64,000 nucleotides of DNA from the human T2T-CHM13v2.0 reference genome, Homo sapiens. The position numbers and the translations under genes are program-made. How positions within the stretch are numbered: position 1 is the stretch's first letter; every line of letters begins with the position of its first letter. The notes beneath the pieces were generated by a model. It was not told where the DNA came from, ran no database searches, and saw only the letters and a program-made list of their open reading frames with translations. The stretch is taken from assembly GCF_009914755.1 (NCBI RefSeq), contig NC_060933.1, one strand, 5' to 3'. Shown piece after piece: positions 15,706 to 30,802 of this stretch.

Positions 15706-16020
15706 CTTACTACACTCATGAAAGATATTTTACCTTTCCTAGGATTTCTAAGGAAAAATTGGGAAAACAGAAAAGGGGGATTCTGGGAATCTGGCAGTGG
15801 TAGCAGCAGTGGTAGTATAATTGTTCAACCTCTTCAAACCTCCACATAAAAAAGGCAAACTGACTATATAGCAAAACCTCAAATATGTGCAATAGTTACA
15901 ACAAAACCAGGTGAACAATGAACCCCCAAATGCAAGCAGGCAAGTACAAACCACCACCAAACTGGCTTCATGTTGGTATTTGCACTGACAGACCTCAGCA
16001 CAAGTAGACCTCAAAACATT

Positions 16021-16320
16021 GGACAGGCATAGTAGCTCACATCCCGGCACTTTGGGAGGCCGAGGCAGGTGGCTCACTTGAGGTCAGGAGTTCAAGACCA
16101 GCCTGGCCAACATTGTGAAACCTCGTCTCTACTAAAAATACAAAAATTAGCCGGGCGTGGTGGCACATGCCTGTAGTCCCAGCTATTCGGGAGGCTGAGG
16201 CAGGAGAATTGCTTGAACCCGGGAGGCAGAAGTTGCAGTGAGCTAAGATTATATCACTCCAGCCTGGGCAACAAGAACAAAACTCTGTCTCCAAAAAAAA
16301 AAAAAAAAGAAAAAGAAAAG
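16021..16320 (+). mobile_element. AluS (Sq/Sx-like) with small internal deletions
   Basis: Two-arm Alu; lacks about 8 nt (gcctgtaa) near 5' end; ggcaacaagaacaaaact end; A tail. Confidence 0.92.
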
Positions 16321-18568
16321 CTGTCAGCGACTTGCAGAAAGCTCAGTGAGTCAATCTGAGAACAGCTTCTACAAGTGGAAGTGTTTTGGCCTCTGCAACA
16401 GCAGGTCAGTGTGAGGGGCCCATGGTAAGAAGGACTGAAGGAGACCGAGCCGTCCAGCCTCCGCAAATGCTAGGAGTTCCTAGGAACTCCCGAGAAAATG
16501 CATGAGGACCTCCTTCCAGGACAGGGGTCCACAATGGGGAGAAACTGCTGGGAATGGAACCAAGATTGAGCAGGACAGATACGAGAGAGAGAGAGAGGAC
16601 AGGAAATGGAGGTCTAGATCAAAGTAGGGGAAGGGAACCCACAAAACACCAGAAAGCAGCTGTCACATTATTGACCACCACCAAAAACAACAGAAGAGCT
16701 GTTAACTCAGTGAAGTTAGAAAAGCTTTCTGGAACTTCTTCTCATTCTAAAGTCAGGAAACCTAATTTCACATAAAAATGAACAACAACAACAAAACACT
16801 GAGATCAAATCCCACATAAGGTTATTATAAGAAAAATAAAAAGAGACAGAATAACAGCCTTGTACACAATGACAGCATGCCTGAGAGGTATGCCCACAAA
16901 ACAGATTAAAACTACAACCTACTGTGTCAAAATGAGCTAAAGACACTAAGAAAATGGCATAAAGCATGAAAAACCAACATAAATCTGAATTACAAAAACC
17001 TAAAAATGAGGGGATAGAACTCAGGAAAATATTAGAAATGAAAACTCTTTTCAGAAATAAGAACTATATAAGAAAAAAAGAACTAGATTATTATATTCAG
17101 AATAAAGGAATATAAGAACAAATCAACTCAACAGACAATGCCTTAATAAAAACAAAAGAAAACCAGAAAACTTCAAAATTCAAAAATACAGCAAAAGGAA
17201 TAACATCTCAATAATATATTTAAAAAGAAATAAAGAGATAAAAGAGATTTTAAAGAAGGTGAAAAATATTGAAAATAGGCAAAGAAGATTGAATATACGG
17301 CTAACTGGAGTGCCTGAAGAAGAAAAAGTAATAATCAGAACCAAAGTTAATTCAAGAAAAGTTTCCTGAAATTAAAAAAAAAGGATGTATGAAATTGTAT
17401 TCCTGGTCTACAGAACCAGAACAACTACCAAAGTCAATCTAATAAAATTGCTGAACTTAAAAACAAAAAAACAAAGAAAAAACTCTTGGGCATGTAGTTA
17501 AAAAAAAAAAAGTGACTTATTAACAAAATAAAATTGAGATTATCATTAACTTTGACAGCAACACTTTGCGAGAAGAAAATGAAGTAACACATTCAAGATA
17601 CTCAAAATAGAATGTATGAGCCAAGGATCTTCCATCCAGCAAAACTGACTTACATGTTTAAAGGACATAGAAAAGTGATTATCAACTTTTAACAACGGAC
17701 AGAATATTGTTCCCAGGAACTTTCCTAGGGGATTTACCAGGGAGCAAGTGTCAGGCAATAAAAAATGACTGCAGAGGCATCACCATTAGGACTGGCAGTA
17801 ACAGACAGAGTCCCCTGAAGACTGAGAGGGAGACAGTGTCTTGCGTAATGGCTGCATGCTCTAGCAATGTAAATACAGCGGAACTAGTCAAAAATGGGAG
17901 GAAAGAACATACCAAAAAATAGTTAAAAGGTTTTCTGTAATTATGCTCATGGTAGTATGTGTATTATTTTTGGAGATTATGAAACTAAATTAGTAATTCT
18001 GGAGTATTTTATTATTCCTTCTGCCCTTGAGAATCAGAATTTTCATATGGGAGAGAGGAAATACAAATGTAATAGAGAAGAGGTTAAGTAAAAGCTCTGT
18101 AGTCTTGAATTTTAATTGGAAGTATCAATATGAACGACAAGAGATTTACGTACATAAGCATATGTTTCCTAGCTCTGTTCAATGAAAAGGCCTAGAAACA
18201 ATGGCCAACTCAGTAGCAATGAGTATCCTAAGCCAGGTTTTGGTCTTGAGATATAATTTCTCACTAAAAAGAAACCAGTGCTTCCTGAAGAAATGTCTGA
18301 TTCCAGGTTTGGGGGTAGGATGTACAAGATAAGCCTGGAACCTCTTGTAATATCAGATAGCAAGAGAGCTATCAAAGACTACTAGGTTCATGTAGAAAAA
18401 AAGTACTCAGGTGTCAACCTGAAGTATTTCTCACTGACCAAAGATGGGAGGGTTTGAGTTTAATAAAATAATTATTTTAATAATTAAAAATTAAAAGTAA
18501 TTAAATAAAAAATGACAATCGCAATGAACCAAAATCCATCAAATATGTTGAAATCCACCAGGCAATTA

Positions 18569-18571
18569 TGT

Positions 18572-18610
<39 letters not shown>
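18569..18610. repeat. (TG)n microsatellite, ~21 units, one interruption
   Basis: Directly visible. Confidence 0.95.
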
Positions 18611-18614
<4 letters not shown>

Positions 18615-18632
18615 AATCCAAAGGTGACAACT

Positions 18633-18637
<5 letters not shown>

Positions 18638-18685
<48 letters not shown>
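18638..18685. repeat. (AT)24 microsatellite
   Basis: Directly visible perfect AT run. Confidence 0.95.
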
Positions 18686-18688
<3 letters not shown>

Positions 18689-19460
18689 TTCATACATATT
18701 TATGTATGTATCAATTGTCACCTTTGGAGGATGATAGGGAACCAACAATTCATTATATTAAAAAGTGGTAAATAAAGAGAAAGAGTCAAACATTTATTTT
18801 GCTTTGGCTTGTATGAACGCTAACACTGAGTAAATATTAAATGAGGGAAACTGTCTCTTTATAAAAATATTCCAACCAATAAATGAAAAACAAATTATAA
18901 GCTTAGAATATCACCATTTTTCAACTCCCAGTGAATAAACAGATATAGATATTAAACACATTGGCTACTAAGATCACTAAAACAGACAAAACAAGACCTG
19001 GTATGCCTCCTACAGTCTTGCAAAAGGGACTGAACCTCAGTCTATCCAATCTCTGGATCAACTGTCAATTAGCAGGAAATACAGGGGACAGAGGAACATG
19101 GTATGCCATCAGCAAAACTCACACAGTGGGAAATCACCACAGGCTTGAGTTCATACACAAATAAATTGTAAGTAAATGAAAGGGGTGGAGGAGGAACCTA
19201 TAAGTTGAAAGAGAATTAAAAGTCATATATTTTTAAAACAGAAAAAGTCACCTATAGTTTCCAGGCATAAACATTTGGGTAATAAAACTATTTTTTTTTA
19301 ATGCAAGGAAGTGATTACCATGAAATCAAGATAGTGGCATGAAATCAAGATAGTGGTTACTTATGGAGAAAAGGAAAGAGTTGGGATGAAAGGGGATTCT
19401 AGGGTGGGCAGGAAAGTTCTGTTTCTTGTTTTGGAAAGTGTTGGTCTTATAAAAATTCAT

Positions 19461-19759
<299 letters not shown>

Positions 19760-20029
19760 TTATGTTTTATTTTATAATAAATAGATTTTTAAAGGTATAG
19801 CGGTACCTACCTAGTGGGAAATACACTATAAAGATTGAATGCCAACACTTCTTTGTAAACAGTGTCAGCATGATGAGGATTATTACTGTATTTTCCACTA
19901 AAATACATACACTTTGAGAAAGAAAATCTTGTATCTACCCAACTGTTTCCTCATAGGACAAAATGTAAACTCAGCTATAAATTAAATGGTTACTGTGGTA
20001 TATTTTAAAAACTAATATTAAGCTCTTAC

Positions 20030-20210
20030 GAAGAGCCAGGTACCATGCTGTATTATCTAACTTAATCTTCACACCAATCCTGTGAGGCAGATTACATTTA
20101 TTCTTCCCATTTTACAGATGACAAAACTGAAGCTAAGGAGTTAAGTAGCATGCCCAAAATTACAGAAATAGAAAAGTGGTACTTGGAACCCAGGTCTGGC
20201 TGACTCCTGT
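20030..20210 (-). mobile_element. MIR SINE
   Basis: cccattttacagatgacaaaactgaagct, acccaggtctggctgactcc. Confidence 0.75.
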
Positions 20211-20799
20211 TAAGTAGGTTCCATCTCTTTTCTTCAGTGCCTGCCACTGGGCCTGGTACAGAGGAGGTGGCAGCATTTTTAAAAATAGAATTAGACTGTC
20301 TTGGTGAGTCCTAAAGATCAGGAAACAGGTATTAAGATGACATAAGCCACTCCCTGGAGCATCACTTTTTGGAAGAAGAGAAAAAAGAAGTGATGAGTTC
20401 CTTTGAGCCCAGCAGTCACAGAGACCCTCCTTTAGGACAGACTGGTCTCCTCAGCACTAGGGCTCGAGTCCAAGCTGGCAAGATGCTTTCTGCATCAAGA
20501 CTAAATGTGTCTGTGAAACCAGAGAGACGAAAGAAACAGCTACATGCTGCTGACAGCAGGGAGTACGGCAAAAATGTTTTCTGTACCCCAGGAATGCAAA
20601 GTCACCACCCTGACACATTGAATTATCAGCTTTAGACTAAGAAGCAAGATGCTAGAGGAGTTCATGTTTCCTCCCTAGATGCTGGAAACCATCACCAAAG
20701 AGGATCGGAAGCAGCATGGGACCAGTGGAAAAACCGTGAGTTCTAGAGGCAGACAGACCTGGCTCTAGTCCGACTCTTTCTTCTTGGCACCTACCTCAC

Positions 20800-21025
20800 C
20801 TCACCCAGGAGCTTTCTCTATCTTCTTCCTTAGCTTTCTTTTTCTGCATAACACTTATTACCATCAGACATATTATATGTTGATTTTCATCTTTGTTTAC
20901 TCTCTGTGTCTTCCTAAGGTAGAAGAGATTTGAGGACTAGGACTTCATTTTGTTCACTGCTGCAATTCCAAGCATCTAGAATAGTCCCCTGGTTTAGTAG
21001 GGTCTTGGTAAATGTTTGAGCAAAG
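20800..21025 (+). mobile_element. L2 3' end
   Basis: gggacttcattttgttcactgctg...catctagaatagt...gtaaatgtttg. Confidence 0.65.
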
Positions 21026-22307
21026 TTGTTGCATTAAGTAATTTCAATTCTCTCTGCTTTATGTTTCTTATTTAGCAAGTTGGGGATAATACTGTGTACA
21101 TTTAACCAAGAAAATATACATAAAGGGCAAGAAGTAGGAGTTCAGTGAGTACCAGGTTTTTCCTACCCCTACTTCTTTTGCATAAACACTTATCAACCCA
21201 GGATAAAACTAATCAACCCGGGATAAAAGTTTCCCTTCAGAGAACAGATAATGACCTTTTAAGCTGGCAGCTGACTTGCTCAAGACAACCTCAAAACCTC
21301 CAGACCATTTTATTGTGAAGACGAGAGTGAACATTCCTCGCAGTAGGAATATGAGCAAAGAAAAGTCCCAAGCAACTAGCTTATGAATAATGCCAGTGAG
21401 CTGTGACTGATGGAAACAGGGTTGAGTGGAGACCTGCCAGGTCACATCACTAACAGGGACCAGCAAGCCAAACATAAATAATCTCCAGTTAAAGGGTTTC
21501 CAAAAATCCTGCCACGCCTCCATGGAATGTGACTGCTGGTGAATTGGGCATTCACTGGATAAAAAGTTTGCTGTGGAGGGCAGGAAAGATGCACAGAGGA
21601 CGAGTACTTCCCATCTGCCATCGCATTTAATTCTGAAAACAATTTTACGAGGGTGGCATTTTTATCCCCACTTAACAAATGAAAAACCTGCGGTTCAGGG
21701 AGGAGGGAGGGCTTCCCAAAGTTTCATAGCTCTGAAAAAGTAGCTCTCCTGGAATCTCAACCTTCCTTAGCCAGTACCAAACTACAGTGCACACACAGTG
21801 CCTCTCCAACACTCAAATATTCCATCGAACACTTTGCAAGCTTTCCTCTACCTGTGTGCCTCCAGAAAGAGAATACATTAAGAAATTAGACATCTGTTAG
21901 ATAGTAATTGGTAGCTAATAAAACGTCAGCAAATTCACTGAAGTTTGGGGGGTAGTCAATCAACATATGTGAATTTTTGACATTCCTGTTAGCTCCAGGC
22001 TAAGCCCATAAAGTTTTAAATACCTCATTCTTATTTCATTATAAAATAGAAACCAGCCAGACACATGTCAAGGAAGCTCTATGAAGGTATCGTTTAAGTC
22101 GAGATTCCCTTACCTATTGTACAGTTGAGGTAATAGGGTTCAGAAAGGTATAGTAACTTGTGTAGAGTCACACAGCTTAGAAAAGGCAGAGTCCAGGTTA
22201 GCATCAAGTCTAACTTCAAGTCAAGGGGTCTTTCACTTCATTATGCTATTCATTTGCCTGGGGAAGGGATGAGGGGGAGCGATCACCAAATAGCCTTATT
22301 CTCTGGG

Positions 22308-22790
22308 ATCTGGCAGTGCTGGTTCTCAGCCTGCTTGACCTCAGACTCACCCCACTTTTCTGCTCTGCTCTCTACAGACAGGAGGGTGACCTTTGCACAC
22401 TGAGTTCCCTGGGCTCCCAGATCAGCTGGTTTCCGCTTGGTTTGGCCCATGCAAGGCACCAGCGAGAGATTAGGAGGAGGAAAGTGGAAGGGAAAAGTTT
22501 GAGTATCTCTTCACGCTCTCTCTGCTTGGGTGGGCTGTCTAGCAATGGTTCACCTCCTCCCTGACTCAAGCACCCACTGCACAGACCCGCAGGGACCAGC
22601 TGTGGTCAAGTGACCCTGGCCTCTGGCCTCACGAACACCACCTCTGCTGTTACTAATCTCTGGATTGCCTCCCTGTCTTCTTTTGAATTTCAGCTCCTCC
22701 ATCACTTGTGTAACCACTTCCTTGCATTATTTCCCCTCTGTTGTAAACAATGAAAGTAGTCTCTGTTGTCCTTAGATCCTGACTGACACA
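22308..22790 (+). mobile_element. LTR33-like (ERVL) solo LTR
   Basis: cagctggtttccgcttggtttggcccatgcaaggcaccagcgagagatt; end ctctgttgtcc..cctgactgacaca matches the LTR33 3' terminus. Confidence 0.65.
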
Positions 22791-23056
22791 CTGATTAAGC
22801 TGCTGGACCTAGAGGACCAAGTAGAGCAGCCTGCCGTCCTGAGCTGGGAAAGCCGAATGGCGGCTCAGCTCTGCGTCTCAGGACCACCTGTTGGCCCCAA
22901 ACCTCTGTCTGGCCAGACAAGAAATGCTTTGGAAAAACAATGTGCTTTCCTGTTTTTGAGATTCCCAGTCATGGAACGGGTAAAAATGAACCCAGCTGGT
23001 ATCCTAATTCCATGGTCTCAGAGCAAGAAAAATTAACCATCAGCCATTAGCTCTAG

Positions 23057-23315
23057 CAGTGCTTCGTAAACTGCTGTGAGGAGTACTAGATGCATGGAAT
23101 GCTGATATGTATTTTGTGGAAAAGGTCTGAAAAATGCTGGGTTAAACAAAGTGATCCAGATTTCTCTACAGCTGGGCTTCAGTAGTGTACATTGTTAATG
23201 TATTTAAAAAGTTACAGTAGATGTAAAGTGTAACAATTCCAAATTCTATGGGATCAGAAAATATATCAATATCTTTGGGTCTAATAGTTCAAGGAACAGG
23301 GTTCTGGAAATGCTG
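23057..23315. mobile_element. hAT-Charlie MITE (MER112-like)
   Basis: cagtgcttcgtaaact ... ttctggaaatgctg termini; interior gctgggttaaacaaagt. Confidence 0.55.
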
Positions 23316-24007
23316 GCTTATGACATTAGTGCTGAATCCTGTAGAGGCCAACACAGTCTCTTATGGCCTGGAAACTGACCACTCCTCTGCTTCGTCCTCA
23401 GCCACGCTCCTTCTGTCCCTGCTCCAGCCACAGGGGCACTCACAGTACCCGACCGTGCCACATGCTGTCAAGGCCGCTTGCCTCTGCATGTGCTACTTCC
23501 TGCCCCCTGCTCCTGGGGAGCTCCTATTCCTCCGGTAAGGCCTTATTCCAGACACATCCGTCCCTGGGAAGCTTCCCCGCAGCACCCAATCTGCAGTGAT
23601 TAGCCCTGTGCTGAAATGTCTCCCAGCTTGCACATTCTACTATAGCAGTTCCCACCCCTTACTGCAACTCTCTGCTTCCTTTCCTTCTCTGCCTCTCACT
23701 GTCTTTAACAGTGACCAGGTCTTATTTGTCAGTGTGTGTGCAAGTCAGTGCCCTGGTCAGGTCTGCGGTGGGGACCACTATTGTAAGATTTCAAATGCTT
23801 GTTCCATGTTGTGCTAACAAGGCTTGACTATAATAGACTTCAAATTCACTATAAATCAAAATTCCATTGTTAATACAATCCCTAATAAATAAACCTTATA
23901 TGAATGTGGCTTTTATCATGATTGTCAATAATTTGCTTTTGTAAAATCCTAACATCAACTGAAAAACAACCAACAAGAAATATGGATTAACACTGCTGTG
24001 AGAAAGC

Positions 24008-24026
24008 TAGCCACTAGGTGTCAGCC
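24008..24026 (+). promoter_or_regulatory. candidate CTCF motif
   Basis: tagCCACTAGGTGTCAGcc, one mismatch to core CCACTAGGTGGCAG. Confidence 0.45.
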
Positions 24027-24642
24027 CAGGAAAAGAGGAGGAAGGGCTACACTTCCCAGCGTTTTAAGTTTTCATCCAATTATCACTACAAATATCAAAT
24101 ATTTAAACAACAAAATATTAGCCAATTAAAATTATCTATTAAAGGAATGTTTTAAAAAAGATATATAAAATTTTGACATTACCCCTTGCAAAATAGTTTA
24201 TAAAGGTTGTTAGTTTAACCTGTATTTGTCAAGAAACACTTGTATAGATTAGAGAAATTGACTCCTAAGAGGGAACCAACTCAGTTTTCTTCTGAAATGC
24301 CCTCAAATCACATGTAATATGAACCACATGGTAATCACCATTGTGGAGTGCAGTCAGAGAAAAGAGCATGGTCACCAGAACCAGGCAGATGGAGGGGCCA
24401 ATCCTGTCTCTGCCACTTCTTAAAAAGTGACAATCTTTCCTAGCCTCAGTTTCTCATCAGTAAAATGGGGCTGTGCATGCTCTCCACAGGGGGGCTGTAA
24501 AAAGGGGAATATATATAAAGAGCCTAGCATATAACAAATGCTGTTCTTTTCTTTTCCTTAAGACTTCAGGTCTTAATGATTTATTTAACGAAGCTGTTTT
24601 ATAGCTTCCAAACAACTAAGGACATTATAAATAAGAACTATG

Positions 24643-24943
<301 letters not shown>

Positions 24944-25218
24944 CTATGACAACTTCATTCATTCACATCCTACTGAGCACCTTCTATGTATCAGGTTCTG
25001 TGCCAAGGATACATGAGTAAACATGACATTCCACTGTCTTCTGGAGAAGGCTTCAATTTTCTTGTGGAAGGGTAGCCTAAGCCTGAATGTCATGTAGTCA
25101 TATATTTCAGAGAATGCAACCGCACCCCACAGAAAATCAGTGAAGATATATATCCAAGAACTGAGGGTGGGGATGAAATCAACACAACTGTATCCTCTAA
25201 TCATCACAGATATCATAA

Positions 25219-25593
<375 letters not shown>

Positions 25594-26092
25594 CAAGATC
25601 TCCTGTTCTTAAGAAGTTCATAGTCTAGCTATGCATATGAAGTCACTTAGCACCATTTCAGGCTGCAAATTGTCAAATGTTATCATTGCTTGAAAATGGA
25701 TCAGAAAGATTTCCTTTTCAGAGTCTCACTGAAAAAGTGAGAGACCCTAAAGTGAGAACATCTGATTTTAAAACACCAGTAGCAGCAACCGTTTCTCTTT
25801 GCCACTGCTTCCACAAAGATAGAGTATTTAAAACTGCCGTGGTGGCTTCAGCTTAATCCATGACTATAGTCCTCTCTTGTGTATTTCTAACTAGAAGAGA
25901 ATATTTACTGGTCATGACAATTCTGCAGGAGATGATCCTCCCTAACTCTAAATGCCTGTGGTTAGCCACCATGCAGCTGCTGGGCTGTGCCTTCGCTTTA
26001 CATTTACACATTCGTGATGTGGTGTTTGTGTGGCTTATTCCTCTCAGGTTCTAAGATGAAGCTGCAGCTGATACGTTTTAAAACTAAGTATT

Positions 26093-26395
<303 letters not shown>

Positions 26396-26856
26396 CTAAG
26401 TATCTCTATTGTGCAACACTGAAATATGACCACCAGCCTTTCTGATGTATAGCATGGGGAAACAGGTATCAGTCATTCATTTGTTCATCCAGTCAGTCAA
26501 CATTTAATGAGCACCTACTAATACCAGACTATGTGAGGGACATCAATGTGTATAAAACATGGCCCCATGCTTTAAAGGAGCAAAGTAAGAAAGGAGCCAG
26601 GATTATTAAATGAGATCAAGTTAAAGCCTAGAATTCCTCCAGGATGGTGCAAGATATACTAGCTATGTTTTATTTTTCAAGTATTTCATATGAATTTCAT
26701 TTGAACATATGGGAAATTTCATTTTGATCATATTCAGTTATGCTCTTTGAAATCATTCAGTTGAGATTGATCATAGTGTTTAAGTGGATTTCCTGCTAGT
26801 TCCCATCTTCTCTCACTTAGAGAGCTACTTTTTACTTGGGCAGTCTACTTCTAGAA

Positions 26857-27657
<801 letters not shown>

Positions 27658-27719
27658 TTCTAGAATGTCGCAGTCTCATCTTTCCCTTCCTCCTTTACTT
27701 TGTCACCCAGGGATGGTCA

Positions 27720-27950
27720 CTATCATTTAGTTAACATCTACTATCAGCAAGGCACTATGCTGGTGTTTGGTGCATATTATTGCTATTTTTCTCAAGAGTC
27801 CTGCTAGCTAGGCATTATTTACATCTTACACATGAGAAAAGTGAGTCTCAGGATGGTGAAGTAACTTCCAGAGTCATCTTCTAGTAGATGACAGAACTAG
27901 AATTAAAACCCAGGTGATTCCAAAGGCCATACTCCTTCCATCACATTCGG
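27720..27950 (-). mobile_element. MIR SINE
   Basis: ttacacatgagaaaagtgagtctcagg..gtgaagtaactt..ccaaaggccatactc. Confidence 0.65.
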
Positions 27951-28316
27951 TGGCCTCCTTAGCCACTTAGAGCCACAGAGCTATAGTGATGGTCCCTGAA
28001 GTCCTGGGGCAGAAGCACCTCCCCTTATCCTTGCTTCATTCCCAGGACATGATCTTGACTTCAGATGACCACTAAAATGGGAAAAAATGTTAATTAGCAA
28101 GTTACCAGCCCCTTCTGCAGTCCCCTTTACACTCCCCCATCAATGAATCTGCTTAGCTCCGGCCTGTAGGTTTTGGCTATAATTCCTTATCCACTTGCCT
28201 AAAATATACCGGAAAATAAAACAAATGTTTCATGAACTTTTCCTACAGATATTCTTGGGTCCATATTCGTGCTTCCCACAGACACTGCTACCCACTTAAC
28301 AAAAGCACGGACTCTG

Positions 28317-28922
28317 TGAAAAACATTTTGGAGGTTCCTCAAAAAGTTAAACGTAGAATTACCAGATGACCCACAACTGCGCTTTTAGGTATATAGCCAA
28401 ATGACTTGCAAGCAGGTGTTCAACTATTAATTATACACACACATTCACAGCAGCACTACTCATAACAGCCAAAACATAGAAACAACCCAGGTGTCCATTA
28501 ACAAGTGAGTGGATAAACAAAATATGGTATATACAGATAGTGGAATATTATTCAGTCTTAAAGAGGGCTGAAGTTCTGATGCATGCTATAACACGGATGA
28601 ACCTGGTGAACATGATGCTACCAAAATAAGCCAGGCAAAGGGACAAATATTGAATGATTCCGCTTCTATGAACTATCTAGAATAGGCAAATTCATAGAGA
28701 CAGAAAGTAGACTAGAGGTTACTAAGGGCTGGGGGAAAGGGAAATGAGAAGTTCTTGCTCACTGGATACAGAGGTTCTGTTGGGAGTGATGAAAAATGTT
28801 GCAAATAGACAGTAGTGATGGTTGCACATTGTGAATGCCATTCATGCCAATGAACTGTATACTTAACAATGGTTAAAATAGCACATCTTATGTTATATGT
28901 ATTTTTTACATTTTTTTTCCTT
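28317..28922 (+). mobile_element. L1MB 3' end (~600 bp) with residual TSD
   Basis: gttcctcaaaaagttaaac, aatggttaaaata, ggcaaattcatagagacagaaagtaga; flanks aaagcacggactct / aaagcatgggctct. Confidence 0.85.
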
Positions 28923-29951
28923 AAAGCATGGGCTCTTTAGACAGACCTGGGTGTGATGGGGTGAGTCCCAGCTCCACCACTCCCAACCTGTGTGGAGGGT
29001 CACAGAGCCTCACACAGACACACAGCTGCACACACACATCAGTCCCTTCCAGGCGTCATGCAGTTTCCTCTTTCTCCCGGTTTCCTTGCTTCCTTATCTC
29101 TCATCTTGCTGTACTGTACATAGTGTCTTAAGGTTCCTCAAACCTATTTTCAGCACAAGATGGGGGCACAGACAAATTAGTCACATCCCTTATGTGTGTT
29201 CTGGGAATCCTCTGCTTGTCTGTGTGGAGGGCAGGGAGTGCGCACCCTCCCACCCATCAAGGGTTCTTGATTCTTTTTCCATCTTGAGCCACCGCGAGGC
29301 TGAGTCAACCGAAATCTGCTTTCTTGCGATGCTGTGACAAGTTGGCCCCCACAGTCAGGCTCCTGCTCACAGACTCAGTTCTTCCACTCAGAAGGCTTTG
29401 AAATACAGCATTTCAAAGCTTTATTCACAAAGATGTTTAGTGGAGTATTACTTATAATATCAAAAGACTGGAAATAACCTAAATGTCCAACAAGGGAGGG
29501 TGGTTATGGAAATTATGGTAGTTATACTTGATGGAATATTCTGCAGTTATGTAAAAATGCATATGAAATCTTGTTAAATGGGGGCGGGGAACTAACTTTT
29601 AACTGAGATTTGCTTGTACCTATGTAAACCCTTTGCATAATGAAAAAATAAAGAGTAAATACAAAAGGCATATGTAGTAAAAATCAGTGGGACTATGGTG
29701 CTGTTTTGATTTTACTACTTTAAAAATATTTTTCTGCTTTCCACTACACCAAAAACAAATCCGAAAACAGTTTTTATTGTTTTTTCATAAACAACTTGAG
29801 ATCAACAGGGTTACTCAATCAGGACACAGATATATGTGGTGTTTTTCCAACCTGCTCCAACACAACCTCGTGCATTCATCCTTGAAAGCCAGGCTATCAA
29901 TCTGCTTTTATCTCAACTTCTGCGTCCTCCAGGGGTTTTAGGTGGATAAAT

Positions 29952-29962
29952 ATGACTCAGCA
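29952..29962 (+). promoter_or_regulatory. candidate ARE/NF-E2 (CNC-sMAF) site with embedded AP-1
   Basis: ATGACTCAGCA is an exact match to RTGACTCAGCA. Confidence 0.4.
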
Positions 29963-30787
29963 GAATCACATGCAAAATCATGGGCTATAAGGTGGATGAT
30001 ACCAGTGTACCCACAGCTGAATCTGGAAGCTGGCCTCTTGGGATGAACTAAGCAAGTGGGACCAGAGTGAGCTGGCTGCTGCCTGTTTAAACAGTTTGCT
30101 TACTGCCCCCACCCAGCATTCGCTCCCTGTGGGCAGTAGCTCTGTTCCCTTTATCTTAGGGAAGCCCAGCTAGCAGGTTGGCCCAGAGAGGGCCACACAA
30201 GCTAGCTGAATAAACAGCTCCCATAGTGCTCCATCTACACTGGCCTTTCCACAGACACTGGCACAGAAGAGGACGCGTCTTCAAACACCAATACCCATGG
30301 GTTTTGCTCTTTAACCTAACATATACCAAGGACCTGCGGTGGGCCAGACATGGGGAGAGGAACCCTCACATGCACCGTCATGCAGCATGGGTTATGAAAT
30401 AAGAAACTCTAAGCAGAAAAGGGGATGAATTGAAAGCACACAAATCTATCTGCAAAAGTTCTTTAAAACTGAGACCAGCGTGTGTGAAATGTGTTTCGAG
30501 GGGGGTGTATTAGCCTTATTCAGATTTCATGATGATATAATTTTAAACAAAGGAGTGAGGTAAAAGATTGTTTAAAAAATTCTTTCGTTCTCTCTAGGAA
30601 GGAGGAATATTCAAGGCAAATTTTAGAACCATACTGCTACACATATCCTCCAAAAGTTGCAATCTTCTACCATGCAGAGAAAGGACCCTCGGCCTAGCAA
30701 TTAAACTCATTTGTCTTTTATCCCCTTCTTGCCAAAAAGGACCCCAGCCCTAACTAGTTAATCCCTAACACACACTGCTACTCCCAG

Positions 30788-30802
30788 AGTTGCCTGGCAA
30801 CT
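30788..30802. promoter_or_regulatory. candidate RFX X-box
   Basis: aGTTGCC t GGCAACt, a perfect palindrome fitting GTNRCC(N0-3)RGYAAC. Confidence 0.45.

Noticed and set aside
18484-18775. Low-complexity ORFs (YIYIYI, HTHTHT, CVCVCV; also RERERE near 31806)
   Set aside because: Translations of microsatellites.
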